Virus record (IMG/VR): IMGVR_UViG_3300032218_001174
Span: 1-27,166 of that record
DNA length: 27,166 nt
Strand: one strand, 5' to 3'
From: a virus
Taxonomy: Duplodnaviria; Caudoviricetes
The translations under genes and the position numbers were made by a program. Under the pieces are notes generated by a model. The model ran no database searches. It saw nothing but the letters and a program-made list of their open reading frames with translations, and was not told the DNA's origin. Positions 1-8,335 of the stretch are shown piece after piece (position 1 is the first letter of the stretch; each line of letters starts with the position of its first letter).

Positions 1-53
1 ACCTTACAAAGTATGTAGAGAAGGCTAGGGAGATTGATAAAAAAAATAACTAA
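1..53 (+). CDS. 3' end of an upstream gene (partial, ...LTKYVEKAREIDKKNN*)
   Basis: Open frame from position 3 to TAA at 51-53, same strand as the downstream operon; truncated by the window edge. Confidence 0.5.
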   Translation, partial: LTKYVEKAREIDKKNN

Positions 54-80
54 AAAATAAAATAAGAAATAAAAAAGTAT

Positions 81-90
81 TATATTAGCA
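81..90 (+). promoter_or_regulatory. Possible Bacteroidota sigma70-type -7 promoter element (TATATTAGCA)
   Basis: One mismatch to TAnnTTTG, in an AT-rich intergenic gap about 20 nt upstream of the ATG at 110. Confidence 0.4.
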
Positions 91-109
91 AACTTAAAAT
101 TAAATTAAA

Positions 110-691
110 ATGGAAAATGTATTTAAAAAGTTGTCAGAGATAAATGTATCTGACAAGGTAGAGAAAAAAGGTAATCAAGACTACTTGTCTTGGAGTCACG
201 CGTGGGGGTTGGCTAAACAACTATACCCTTCAATGCAACGTATTGTGTATGAGGACAGTATGACTGGACTTAACTACTTTAACGATGGCAAGACTGCCTA
301 TGTTAAGGTTGGGATTGTTATAGACGGATTGGAGCATATCGATTATCTTCCGATTATGGATTTTCGTAATCAGTCTATTCTTATCGAAAAGGTTACGTCA
401 ATGGACGTGAACAAGACAATTCAACGTAGCACGGTTAAGGCTCTTGCGCTACACGGACTAGGACTTAAGTTATGGTCGGGTGAGGACTTGGTTGACTCGA
501 CAAAGACGGCTAAGGCTATGACATCAACGAAGATTGATTTGGCTGTGAACGACACGAACTGGGCAGGTGTTGTCAAGTATGTTGAAGCCAACAAGACAAA
601 ACTAGACCTAGCGACAATCGTTAAGAACTTGAGCGTGAAGTATAACCTATCCACAAGCGTTAAGAAGACATTGGGAGATTTATTGAAATAA
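110..691 (+). CDS. Single-strand annealing protein, Sak3/DUF1071 (Rad52-superfamily) family
   Basis: YLSWSHAW and MDVNKTIQRSTVKALALHGLGL motifs typical of DUF1071; directly followed by an exonuclease gene. Confidence 0.8.
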   Translation: MENVFKKLSEINVSDKVEKKGNQDYLSWSHAWGLAKQLYPSMQRIVYEDSMTGLNYFNDGKTAYVKVGIVIDGLEHIDYLPIMDFRNQSILIEKVTSMDVNKTIQRSTVKALALHGLGLKLWSGEDLVDSTKTAKAMTSTKIDLAVNDTNWAGVVKYVEANKTKLDLATIVKNLSVKYNLSTSVKKTLGDLLK

Positions 692-692
692 G

Positions 693-1424
693 ATGAGTAA
701 AATAATAGAACAACTAAGAGACGATGCCAACTACTATGGTGAGTTTGGCTCGAAGTACATCAGCAACAGCGACATCGGGACGTTGTTAAAGAACCCGCGT
801 ATGTTCAAGGTTAGAGAGGAGCCTACGGTTCCTATGCTTCAGGGCTCGTACCTGCACACGGCTATGCTTGAGCCTGAAAAACTCGTGAACTTTGAGGTTG
901 TCGAAGCCTCAACACGAAACACAAACATCTACAAGGATGCCGTGTCAAACTCATCATCTTCGATATTGCTATTGAAAAATGAGCAGGACGAACTGGACTC
1001 GCTTGTAAGCACTATGAAGGGGAACTTCTTCTTCTACGAGAACATCTACCGCGATGGCAACGTGTTCGAACAGCCAGCGGTTGGCGAGATCTTCGGTATG
1101 CCGTTCAAGGGTAAGGCTGATATAGTTAGCGAGGACATTTTGATCGACATCAAGACTACGTCAGACATCGACGACTTTCGTTGGTCCGCTAAAAAGTATA
1201 ACTACGACTCGCAGGCTTATATCTACAGCCAGTTGTTCGGTAAGCCTCTAGTGTTCTACGTGGTGTGTAAGAAGAGTCACCGATTGGGCGTGTTTGAACC
1301 GTCAGAAGACTTTGTGCTAGGTGGTCGTGACAAGGTGATGAGAGCCATAGAGGTGTACAAGAAGTTCTTCAGTAAGGACGCGACTGAGGATATTAACAAC
1401 TACTTTATACAGGATACGTTATGA
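693..1424 (+). CDS. PD-(D/E)XK exonuclease (RecE/DUF3799-like)
   Basis: ISNSDI, GSYLHTAMLEP, E...KGKADI...IDIKTT and YDSQAYIY motifs; adjacent to the annealase. Confidence 0.8.
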   Translation: MSKIIEQLRDDANYYGEFGSKYISNSDIGTLLKNPRMFKVREEPTVPMLQGSYLHTAMLEPEKLVNFEVVEASTRNTNIYKDAVSNSSSSILLLKNEQDELDSLVSTMKGNFFFYENIYRDGNVFEQPAVGEIFGMPFKGKADIVSEDILIDIKTTSDIDDFRWSAKKYNYDSQAYIYSQLFGKPLVFYVVCKKSHRLGVFEPSEDFVLGGRDKVMRAIEVYKKFFSKDATEDINNYFIQDTL

Positions 1425-1684
1425 GTTCTGAGCAGATAGTCAAGGAGTTGGTTGATAAATTTAATGAGACCTCTGCAAATAATAAGAAATTTTATTTTAC
1501 ATTTGTGCAGAAGGAGGAGTATATGAACATAGAGTTCGGCATCTCTGAGGAGAACTGCTTCGTGTTCAAGGAGTACATAAAGAAGAACGCGGACGCAGAC
1601 GCGCTTAGGGAGAAGTTATTCACGAGGTTTATAAACGACGTGTTTACTAGAATGTTTGACCTGATAAAGAGGAATAAGTATTAA
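1421..1684 (+). CDS. Hypothetical protein (87 aa)
   Basis: ATGA overlap with the upstream stop; codon usage like its neighbours. Confidence 0.7.
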   Translation: MSSEQIVKELVDKFNETSANNKKFYFTFVQKEEYMNIEFGISEENCFVFKEYIKKNADADALREKLFTRFINDVFTRMFDLIKRNKY

Positions 1685-1702
1685 CAATTAAATTAAATAA
1701 AA

Positions 1703-1960
1703 ATGGAGAAAATTTTTGCAGACGGTTTCGTATTCAAGAGAAACGAGAAGGCTCCTGACTTCGTTGTCGGGAATGTAAGCGTAAAAGTAGAAGAGGCTAC
1801 AGCCTTCTTGAAGCAACACGCTAAGAACGGGTGGGTGAATTTACAAATCAAAAATTCACAGGGTGGTAAGTACTACATCGAGTTGGACACGTTCGAGCCT
1901 AAGCAACAGGCTCCTGCTCAACAGCCAGAGCCAGTGAATGATGGTACGCTACCATTCTAA
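1703..1960 (+). CDS. Small putative single-stranded DNA-binding protein
   Basis: Beta-rich core, Q/P-rich linker and C-terminal DGTLPF tail resembling the SSB DDLPF tail; in the recombination operon; AT-rich leader TTAAATTAAATAAAAATG. Confidence 0.6.
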   Translation: MEKIFADGFVFKRNEKAPDFVVGNVSVKVEEATAFLKQHAKNGWVNLQIKNSQGGKYYIELDTFEPKQQAPAQQPEPVNDGTLPF

Positions 1961-1967
1961 ATTAACC

Positions 1968-1992
1968 AAGCCCCTTTCACGAGGGGCTTTTT
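1968..1992 (+). terminator. Rho-independent terminator
   Basis: AAGCCCCT-TTCACG-AGGGGCTT hairpin ending in a T run, 7 nt after the SSB stop. Confidence 0.85.
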
Positions 1993-2006
1993 AAACCTTT
2001 ATTATT

Positions 2007-2099
2007 ATGAAATATATATTAATATTATTTGCATACGAATTTTTAAGGTCAAAGTTGATTTGGCTGTGGTATTACTTAATTAAAAAAGGACAGCAATGA
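2007..2099 (+). CDS. 30-aa hydrophobic microprotein (MKYILILFAYEFLRSKLIWLWYYLIKKGQQ)
   Basis: Not in the ORF track; fills the gap exactly and its TGA overlaps the next ATG (ATGA at 2096-2099). Confidence 0.55.
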   Translation: MKYILILFAYEFLRSKLIWLWYYLIKKGQQ

Positions 2100-2440
2100 A
2101 CAAAAAGAAAATGAAGCAAATATCAGAGGCTTACGAGAGGATCCAGGCTATAGAAATTGAAATCACCGAGGTTCAGACTACAGCAGAGAGGCTACTTGAC
2201 AACAGCACAAACGTGTGGGTTTCTATGGATTTAGAGAGCGACCTTTTAAAGGAGATGAGTACACCGAAGTGGACAAGTACCACGGCATCAGGGTTCTTCT
2301 TTTCTTCTAGTGAAACTAAGCAAGAGGTAGAGGACAACGGACTAAGCATTCAAGTACCTGACACTGTGGCACTTGAGATACTGGGAGTTATACTAAGATA
2401 CAAACAACAACTTATTCAAAATGAAAATAACAATATTTAA
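2096..2440 (+). CDS. Hypothetical protein (114 aa, helical N-terminus)
   Basis: ORF track; overlaps the primase start by 20 nt. Confidence 0.7.
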   Translation: MNKKKMKQISEAYERIQAIEIEITEVQTTAERLLDNSTNVWVSMDLESDLLKEMSTPKWTSTTASGFFFSSSETKQEVEDNGLSIQVPDTVALEILGVILRYKQQLIQNENNNI

Positions 2441-4823
2441 GGACATCCGAAGCACCTCAACACCATTCTATAGACACATAGACGTGGTGCTAGATAGGAT
2501 AAGAAACGGTTCAAGCAGGGAACTCATCGAGAGTATCCAGCAGGAGCAGGACAAGTCAACGCGTAACGAACTTAAGAAGTCACTCCCAGCGATATGCTTC
2601 TCAGGTATATTCACTAAGCGTGCCGACAACTCAATAACTGAGCACAGCGGACTGATCTGCCTTGACTTTGATGGATATGTCAACAAGAAGGAGATGATGG
2701 CTGAGAAGCGCTCTATTGCGTCAGACGAGTATGTTATGTCGGTGTTTGTATCTCCGTCAGGAGATGGACTGAAGGTTATAGTTAAAATACCACAGGATAT
2801 AGACAACCACGTGAGGTACTTCAACGCGCTTGAGAGACACTTCAACTCACAGTACTTTGACACGACATCCAAGAACATATCAAGGGTGTGCTACGAGTCG
2901 TATGACGAGGACATATACATCAACAAAGAATCTAAGGTCTGGGATCAGATGCACGAGGACGAGTTCGTTGAGATTCAGAAGGCATCGAGTGCCCCTACTA
3001 TTCCTATAACCAACGAGAATAAGATAGTCGACATACTTGTAAAGTGGTGGACATCTAAGTACGGTATGGTGGATGGTGAGCGTAACCACAACGTGTACAT
3101 CTTAGCCGCAGCGTTCAACGACTACGGCATAAACAAGTCACTAGCAGAGTACATCATAGGTCAGTTCGAGCAGACCGACTTCCCAATGTCTGAGATTAAG
3201 ATGACCATAAACTCAGCCTACAGCCACACCAATAAGTTTGGTACGAAGTACTACGAGGACACGGCACGTCTGTCTCAGCTTAAGAAGAAGGTGAAGGACG
3301 GGGCTACAGCCAAGCAGATTAAGTCTGAGATGACTGACATTGAGGAGGGTGTCATCGATGCAGTCTTGGATAAGATTGATAGCGACACAAAGCGGTTCTG
3401 GACCAAGAATGACAAGGGTGTTGTGAGCATTATTCACTACCTGTTTAAGGAGTTCTTGGAGGATAACGGGTTCTATAAGTTCTATCCTGAGAACACCAAG
3501 ACGTTTGTCTTTGTTAAGGTTACAAACAACCTTATAGACAACACGTCTGAGGATGAGATCAAGGACTTCGTGCTTGCCTACCTTGAGAATATGGACGATC
3601 TATCCGTGTACAACTACTTCGCGGACAAGACTAGGTTCTTTAAGGAGGACTTCTTGTCACTACTAGGATCGGTGGACGTGTACTTCGTTGAGGACACGGC
3701 AGACACGGCTCACCTGTACTACAACAACTGCGCGGTTAAGGTAACCAAGGACAAGGTGGACATAATAGACTACATAGATCTTGAGGGTTATATATGGATG
3801 GATCAGGTGATAGATAGGGACTTCGCGATATGTGAGGTCACCGAGTGCGACTTCAAGACCTTCGTCTCTAACATCGCGGGTGATGACACCCAGAGGGTTA
3901 GCTCGATGGAGAGCACGATAGGGTTCTTAATGCACGGGTACAAGAACCCGTCGTACTGCCCAGCGATAATCCTGAATGATGAGGTCATCTCCGATAACCC
4001 AGAGGGTGGTACAGGTAAGGGACTATTTGTTAACGCGCTGTCTAAGATCAAGAAGACGGTGACAATAGATGGTAAGTCGTTTAACTTTGACAAGTCATTC
4101 GCGTATCAGACGGTTAACGTGGGGACTCAGGTGCTATGCTTCGACGACGTTAAGAAGCACTTCGACTTCGAGCGTCTGTTCAGCGTTGTTACTGAGGGAC
4201 TTACAGTTGAGAAGAAGAATAAGGACGCGATCAAGCTCCCGTTCAATCGCTCACCTAAGATTATGATAACCACCAACTACGCCATCAAGGGCAAGGGGAA
4301 CTCATTCGAGAGACGGAAGTGGGAGCTAGAGTTCAGGCAGTTCTACAGCAAGGAGTTCACACCGTTTGTGGAGTTTGGACGTATGCTGTTCAATGACTGG
4401 GATGAGGAGGAGTGGTGCAAGTTCGATAACTATATGATAAATAATTTGAAGTCTTACTTGTGTACTGGACTAATAAAGAGTACATTTGTAAACCTTAAGG
4501 TTCGTAAGTTATCTGCTGAGACCTGCCACGAGTTCATTGACTGGTGTGGAATGATAGACGGTAACTCGCACAACGATAAGATGAGGCTGGATGAGTTGTT
4601 GTACAAGCAGGACCTGTACTTGGACTTTATTATGGACAACCCAGACTTTGCACCGAAGGCTAAGATGACCATCAGTAGAACATTGTTTTACAAGTGGTTA
4701 GTTTCTTACGGATTGTATGTTACTGGAGTTACACCACTTGAAGGCAGAGATGCCAACGGCAGGTGGATCAAGTTCATCACTAAGGATGGAGATACGCATA
4801 ACCCTGAAGAGTTTAAGTTTTGA
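2421..4823 (+). CDS. Primase-helicase: BT4734/VirE-N AEP-like domain, PriCT-like domain and SF3-type P-loop helicase
   Basis: LKKSLPAICFSG, HSGLICLDFD and FVSPSGDGLK (VirE_N); GERNHNVY (PriCT-like); Walker A GGTGKG, Walker B LCFDD, motif C ITTNY. Confidence 0.85.
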   Translation: MKITIFKDIRSTSTPFYRHIDVVLDRIRNGSSRELIESIQQEQDKSTRNELKKSLPAICFSGIFTKRADNSITEHSGLICLDFDGYVNKKEMMAEKRSIASDEYVMSVFVSPSGDGLKVIVKIPQDIDNHVRYFNALERHFNSQYFDTTSKNISRVCYESYDEDIYINKESKVWDQMHEDEFVEIQKASSAPTIPITNENKIVDILVKWWTSKYGMVDGERNHNVYILAAAFNDYGINKSLAEYIIGQFEQTDFPMSEIKMTINSAYSHTNKFGTKYYEDTARLSQLKKKVKDGATAKQIKSEMTDIEEGVIDAVLDKIDSDTKRFWTKNDKGVVSIIHYLFKEFLEDNGFYKFYPENTKTFVFVKVTNNLIDNTSEDEIKDFVLAYLENMDDLSVYNYFADKTRFFKEDFLSLLGSVDVYFVEDTADTAHLYYNNCAVKVTKDKVDIIDYIDLEGYIWMDQVIDRDFAICEVTECDFKTFVSNIAGDDTQRVSSMESTIGFLMHGYKNPSYCPAIILNDEVISDNPEGGTGKGLFVNALSKIKKTVTIDGKSFNFDKSFAYQTVNVGTQVLCFDDVKKHFDFERLFSVVTEGLTVEKKNKDAIKLPFNRSPKIMITTNYAIKGKGNSFERRKWELEFRQFYSKEFTPFVEFGRMLFNDWDEEEWCKFDNYMINNLKSYLCTGLIKSTFVNLKVRKLSAETCHEFIDWCGMIDGNSHNDKMRLDELLYKQDLYLDFIMDNPDFAPKAKMTISRTLFYKWLVSYGLYVTGVTPLEGRDANGRWIKFITKDGDTHNPEEFKF

Positions 4824-5086
4824 TAAATCCAGACGACTTCAGGTGGGCGATACAGAATGACTGGCAGGTGTACGTCAAACCCTACGGAGGTGGGGCGTAC
4901 ATAGCCGTCAGGAAGGGAGGCATAACTGCGTGTGGTAAGGACTACCATTACGACAGAGATACACGACTGGAGTACCACTCCAAAGAAAATTTAGGTAAGG
5001 TATATTATAAAAACATTGAAAAGGCAATGGAGGTATTGCCGAAGGTATATAAATATTTAAGATATGGAACAGATATTAGTAGATAA
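4820..5086 (+). CDS. Hypothetical protein (88 aa), TTG start
   Basis: TTG start overlaps the primase TGA (TTGA), consistent with translational coupling; no early in-frame ATG. Confidence 0.65.
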   Translation: MINPDDFRWAIQNDWQVYVKPYGGGAYIAVRKGGITACGKDYHYDRDTRLEYHSKENLGKVYYKNIEKAMEVLPKVYKYLRYGTDISR

Positions 5087-5336
5087 CAAGTACGAGTACG
5101 ATTACAAGTTAGAGGATACCAACCACGAGTTGTACTACTCGGATAATGGTGATTGGACATATCCAGGAGAGTTAGCGTTAGAAATCATTGATGATGGTAA
5201 CGGGTTAAGCGTAATGGATGAAGAAAAACAATTAGTCTATCTAGACTATGATACAGCAGAGAAATTACTTATCTTGCTGAAGTTAATTAACAGGAATTAT
5301 GTTTACGAGGTAGTAACTAAAAGAGAGAGGCTATGA
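5064..5336 (+). CDS. Acidic hypothetical protein (90 aa)
   Basis: ORF track; overlaps both neighbours. Confidence 0.7.
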   Translation: MEQILVDNKYEYDYKLEDTNHELYYSDNGDWTYPGELALEIIDDGNGLSVMDEEKQLVYLDYDTAEKLLILLKLINRNYVYEVVTKRERL

Positions 5337-5794
5337 GTAAGTATAAATTAGTGAAAACCTATCCAGGATCTCCTGATTTAGGGACTGTTGCAGAGAAAGA
5401 ATCAAAGATAAAATCTAACACTAGTTATTACTATCGTGAAGGAGAAAAAAGATACTGTATTTATGATTATCACGTCGAAGATAATCCAGAGTATTGGGAG
5501 AAGGTTAATGAGAATTTATGGTATGTTGTTATTGAAGATTTTTTTAATTTTGGCAATGGATTTCATAGACCTTGGACAATTCATAATGTAGAAGCATTAA
5601 ACCCTGAAGATATACAAGAACAATTATGGGGTTCAGTAAAGAAAAATATTTTCAAAACCAAACAAGAAGCAGAGGAGTTTATGCTATATAATAAACCTTG
5701 CTTGAGTTATAAGGATGTAATGAATCATAAAACATATTTATCTAATCAATTAAATGAATATACTTTAAAAGAATTTATAAAATCTAAATTATAA
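5333..5794 (+). CDS. Hypothetical phage protein (153 aa), AT-rich
   Basis: ATGA coupling; YKLVKTYPGSP and FKTKQEAEEF..NKPCLS motifs that I recall from Flavobacteria phage hypotheticals (unverified). Confidence 0.7.
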   Translation: MSKYKLVKTYPGSPDLGTVAEKESKIKSNTSYYYREGEKRYCIYDYHVEDNPEYWEKVNENLWYVVIEDFFNFGNGFHRPWTIHNVEALNPEDIQEQLWGSVKKNIFKTKQEAEEFMLYNKPCLSYKDVMNHKTYLSNQLNEYTLKEFIKSKL

Positions 5795-5798
5795 AATT

Positions 5799-6173
5799 AT
5801 GGCAGATATAGCAAAATGTAATGATAGTTTATGCCCTTCAAAAGAATACTGTTACAGGTTTACAGCACCAGCATCAGAAGTATGGCAATCGTATGGAATG
5901 TTTAATAGAGAAGATGATGCAGATAATTGCGATATGTTTTGGGCAAATGGTAAAGAATCAAACAAATGTAAACTAAACGGAGTTAAACGTGATGGGGAGA
6001 TATGCAACCTAGACTACTGCACATATCCTAAGTGTGTACAGGATGATTACTGTAAGTACTGTCATCAAACGGATGGAATACATAAGATGGGATGCGAGAC
6101 ACGTAAGGTGACTATATTTTATGAACAGATGGAGAAGGAAGTTCACCAGAATAGGAGTAACTTAAACGAGTAA
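5799..6173 (+). CDS. Cys-rich putative multi-zinc-binding protein (124 aa)
   Basis: 11 Cys arranged in three clusters. Confidence 0.65.
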   Translation: MADIAKCNDSLCPSKEYCYRFTAPASEVWQSYGMFNREDDADNCDMFWANGKESNKCKLNGVKRDGEICNLDYCTYPKCVQDDYCKYCHQTDGIHKMGCETRKVTIFYEQMEKEVHQNRSNLNE

Positions 6174-6175
6174 AT

Positions 6176-7393
6176 ATGTTAAGAGACTATCAAGAAGATA
6201 TATCAAAGAAGGCAAACCATATTCTTAGAGACAAGGGTATGGTATACCTCTGTATGTCCGTCAGAACTGGTAAGACACTTACATCTTTAGAGACAGCAAG
6301 ACTATTTGGAGCTAAGAGAGTCTTATTCCTTACCAAGAAGAAGGCTATATCCTCTATCGAGTCTGACTACATTAACTTCGGATACGATAAGCACTTTGAG
6401 TTATTTGTGCACAATGACGAATCTATGCACAAGATCGATGGTAAGTTTGACCTAGTGGTACACGACGAGCACCATCGCTTCGGATCATTTCCAAAACCAA
6501 GTCTTGGGGCTAAGACCTTCAAGAAAATGTTCGGTCACCTACCTGTTATATTCTTGTCAGGTACTCCTAGTCCCGAAAATTATTCTCAGTTCTATCACCA
6601 GTTTTGGTGCAGTCTATTCTCACCATTCAAGGAGATAAACTTCTACAAGTGGGCTGCTAACTACGTGAAGATCAAGATGAAGCACCTAGGTTACGCTCAA
6701 GTTAAGGACTACACCGATGCTGACATCAACAAGATTATGAGTGTGATAAAGCCGTACATAATAACCTTCACGCAGGAGCAGGCTGGCTTCACGTCTGAAA
6801 TTGAGGAGGAGGTTCTTAAGGTTAAGATGAAGCAGTCGACATACGATATGTGCAACAGACTACGTAAGGATCTTGTGATAGAGGGTAAGGAGCAGGTTAT
6901 ACTTGCCGACACATCAGTAAAGCTACAGCAGAAGCTACACCAGATGTACTCAGGGACAATTAAGTTCGAGAGCGGTGACTCTATGGTTATAGATCTAAGC
7001 AAGGCTGAGTTCATATATTCTTATTTTAAGGGTAAAAAAATTGGGATATTCTACAAGTTTGTGGAGGAACTTAACGCATTAAAGACTATATTTGGCGACA
7101 AGTTAACGATTAATTTAGATGAGTTTAACGATTCCGACAAGTCAATAGCGCTTCAGATTGTTAGTGGACGTGAGGGAATCTCTTTAAAGAACGCTGATTT
7201 TTTGGTGTTCTACAACATAGACTTCTCTGCCACAAGCTATTGGCAGGCGCGTGATCGTCAAACTACCATTGATCGTAAGTTTAACAAGGTCTACTGGATA
7301 TTCTCTGAAGGAGGTATAGAAGAAAAGATTTATAAGTCAGTCATTAAAAAGAAATCATACACAACTAACCATTTTAAAAAGGATTACTTATGA
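6176..7393 (+). CDS. SF2 (SNF2-like) helicase/ATPase
   Basis: LRDYQ Q-motif, VRTGKT Walker A, HDEHH motif II, LSGTP motif III, SGREGISL motif V, YWQARDR motif VI. Confidence 0.85.
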   Translation: MLRDYQEDISKKANHILRDKGMVYLCMSVRTGKTLTSLETARLFGAKRVLFLTKKKAISSIESDYINFGYDKHFELFVHNDESMHKIDGKFDLVVHDEHHRFGSFPKPSLGAKTFKKMFGHLPVIFLSGTPSPENYSQFYHQFWCSLFSPFKEINFYKWAANYVKIKMKHLGYAQVKDYTDADINKIMSVIKPYIITFTQEQAGFTSEIEEEVLKVKMKQSTYDMCNRLRKDLVIEGKEQVILADTSVKLQQKLHQMYSGTIKFESGDSMVIDLSKAEFIYSYFKGKKIGIFYKFVEELNALKTIFGDKLTINLDEFNDSDKSIALQIVSGREGISLKNADFLVFYNIDFSATSYWQARDRQTTIDRKFNKVYWIFSEGGIEEKIYKSVIKKKSYTTNHFKKDYL

Positions 7394-7638
7394 AAGAAAA
7401 GTATATAAAAATGAGAAACAGTGGCAAGTATGACCTTCAATGGTTCTACGATCACTACAAACAGAACAGCACAGACAACACGGACATCAACACCTTCGGT
7501 ATGGTGTTCAACTCGGTAAACCTTGATAACATACTAGAACACATCGATAAGAAGTTTGGACTAACAAGGGTTTACGATAAGAACAATAACTTTATAAAGG
7601 TATATGAAGGAACAGCAGATACAAGCCAAGAGAATTAA
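7390..7638 (+). CDS. Hypothetical protein (82 aa)
   Basis: ATGA coupling to the helicase. Confidence 0.65.
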   Translation: MKEKYIKMRNSGKYDLQWFYDHYKQNSTDNTDINTFGMVFNSVNLDNILEHIDKKFGLTRVYDKNNNFIKVYEGTADTSQEN

Positions 7639-7843
7639 GCAACTCGAAGCTGAGGGCTACTACGTATTAAAATTAATACGTGTAAACAAAACGGGTATAC
7701 CAGATTTGATAGCTATCAAGGAAGGGGAGGTCTTATTCTCAGAGATTAAGACACCTAAAGGCAAACTGTCTGAGATACAGAAGTACAGAATGAAAGAATT
7801 AGAGAGTTACGGATTTAAAACAGAATTATACAATGGAGAATAA
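7604..7843 (+). CDS. VRR-NUC domain nuclease (putative Holliday junction resolvase)
   Basis: E..IQ, GIPDL and FSEIKTPKGKLSEIQ motifs of the VRR-NUC family. Confidence 0.85.
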   Translation: MKEQQIQAKRIKQLEAEGYYVLKLIRVNKTGIPDLIAIKEGEVLFSEIKTPKGKLSEIQKYRMKELESYGFKTELYNGE

Positions 7844-8297
7844 TATAAATGAATTAATAAGAATTATGGATTTTGAATATAATGTAAACATATTCAATAA
7901 GAGCAGAGAAAAAGATCACGTGGAGGCTAGGGCAATATTCTCAAAGATTATGTACTCGTATCATAATATTGGATACACAAAGATCGGAAGAATACTTAAG
8001 AAGGACCACGCCACTATTTACCACTACATCAAGAACTTTGACAGCTGGATCAAGTATGATGACAAGTTTAGAAACAAGTATTTTAACATTCTAAACGTGT
8101 ATTCTAAGGGATTAGAGATAAAAGATATCAATGAGACCAATAAAGTATGGTATGACAATATAGTTTTATCAACAAAAGTTGATAGGCTTGAGAAGAAACT
8201 ACGCACTGGACTTCACGCGCTTGTTGAAAAGGTTCCAGAAGATAAGATGTTTATAGTTTACGATAGACTTGAATCAATAATCAAGATGAACTGTTGA
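7833..8297 (+). CDS. DnaA domain IV-like (Bac_DnaA_C) HTH protein
   Basis: SREKDHVEARAIF...IGRILKKDHATIYH resembles the DnaA C-terminal R..IG..F.RDHTTV signature; no AAA+ domain. Confidence 0.75.
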   Translation: MENNINELIRIMDFEYNVNIFNKSREKDHVEARAIFSKIMYSYHNIGYTKIGRILKKDHATIYHYIKNFDSWIKYDDKFRNKYFNILNVYSKGLEIKDINETNKVWYDNIVLSTKVDRLEKKLRTGLHALVEKVPEDKMFIVYDRLESIIKMNC

Positions 8298-8308
8298 TAA
8301 CTTTTTAC

Positions 8309-8335
8309 GTCATAAATTAATTTATGACATAAATT
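8309..8335. promoter_or_regulatory. Overlapping palindromes, putative operator
   Basis: Perfect 20-bp palindrome GTCATAAATTAATTTATGAC (8309-8328) overlapping AATTTATG-A-CATAAATT (8319-8335) in a 57-nt intergenic gap. Confidence 0.55.

Noticed and set aside
4812-4823. Frameshift fusing the primase to the 88-aa ORF
   Set aside because: No X_XXY_YYZ heptamer, and a TAA lies just upstream in the -1 frame; a coupled TTG start explains the layout
421-8206. Minus-strand ORFs within the left arm (e.g. 421-654, 2468-2878, 3803-4093, 6709-7014) and the alternate-frame 4069-4266
   Set aside because: Shadow ORFs overlapping well-supported + strand genes; no motifs, and expected given the G/C-ending codon bias
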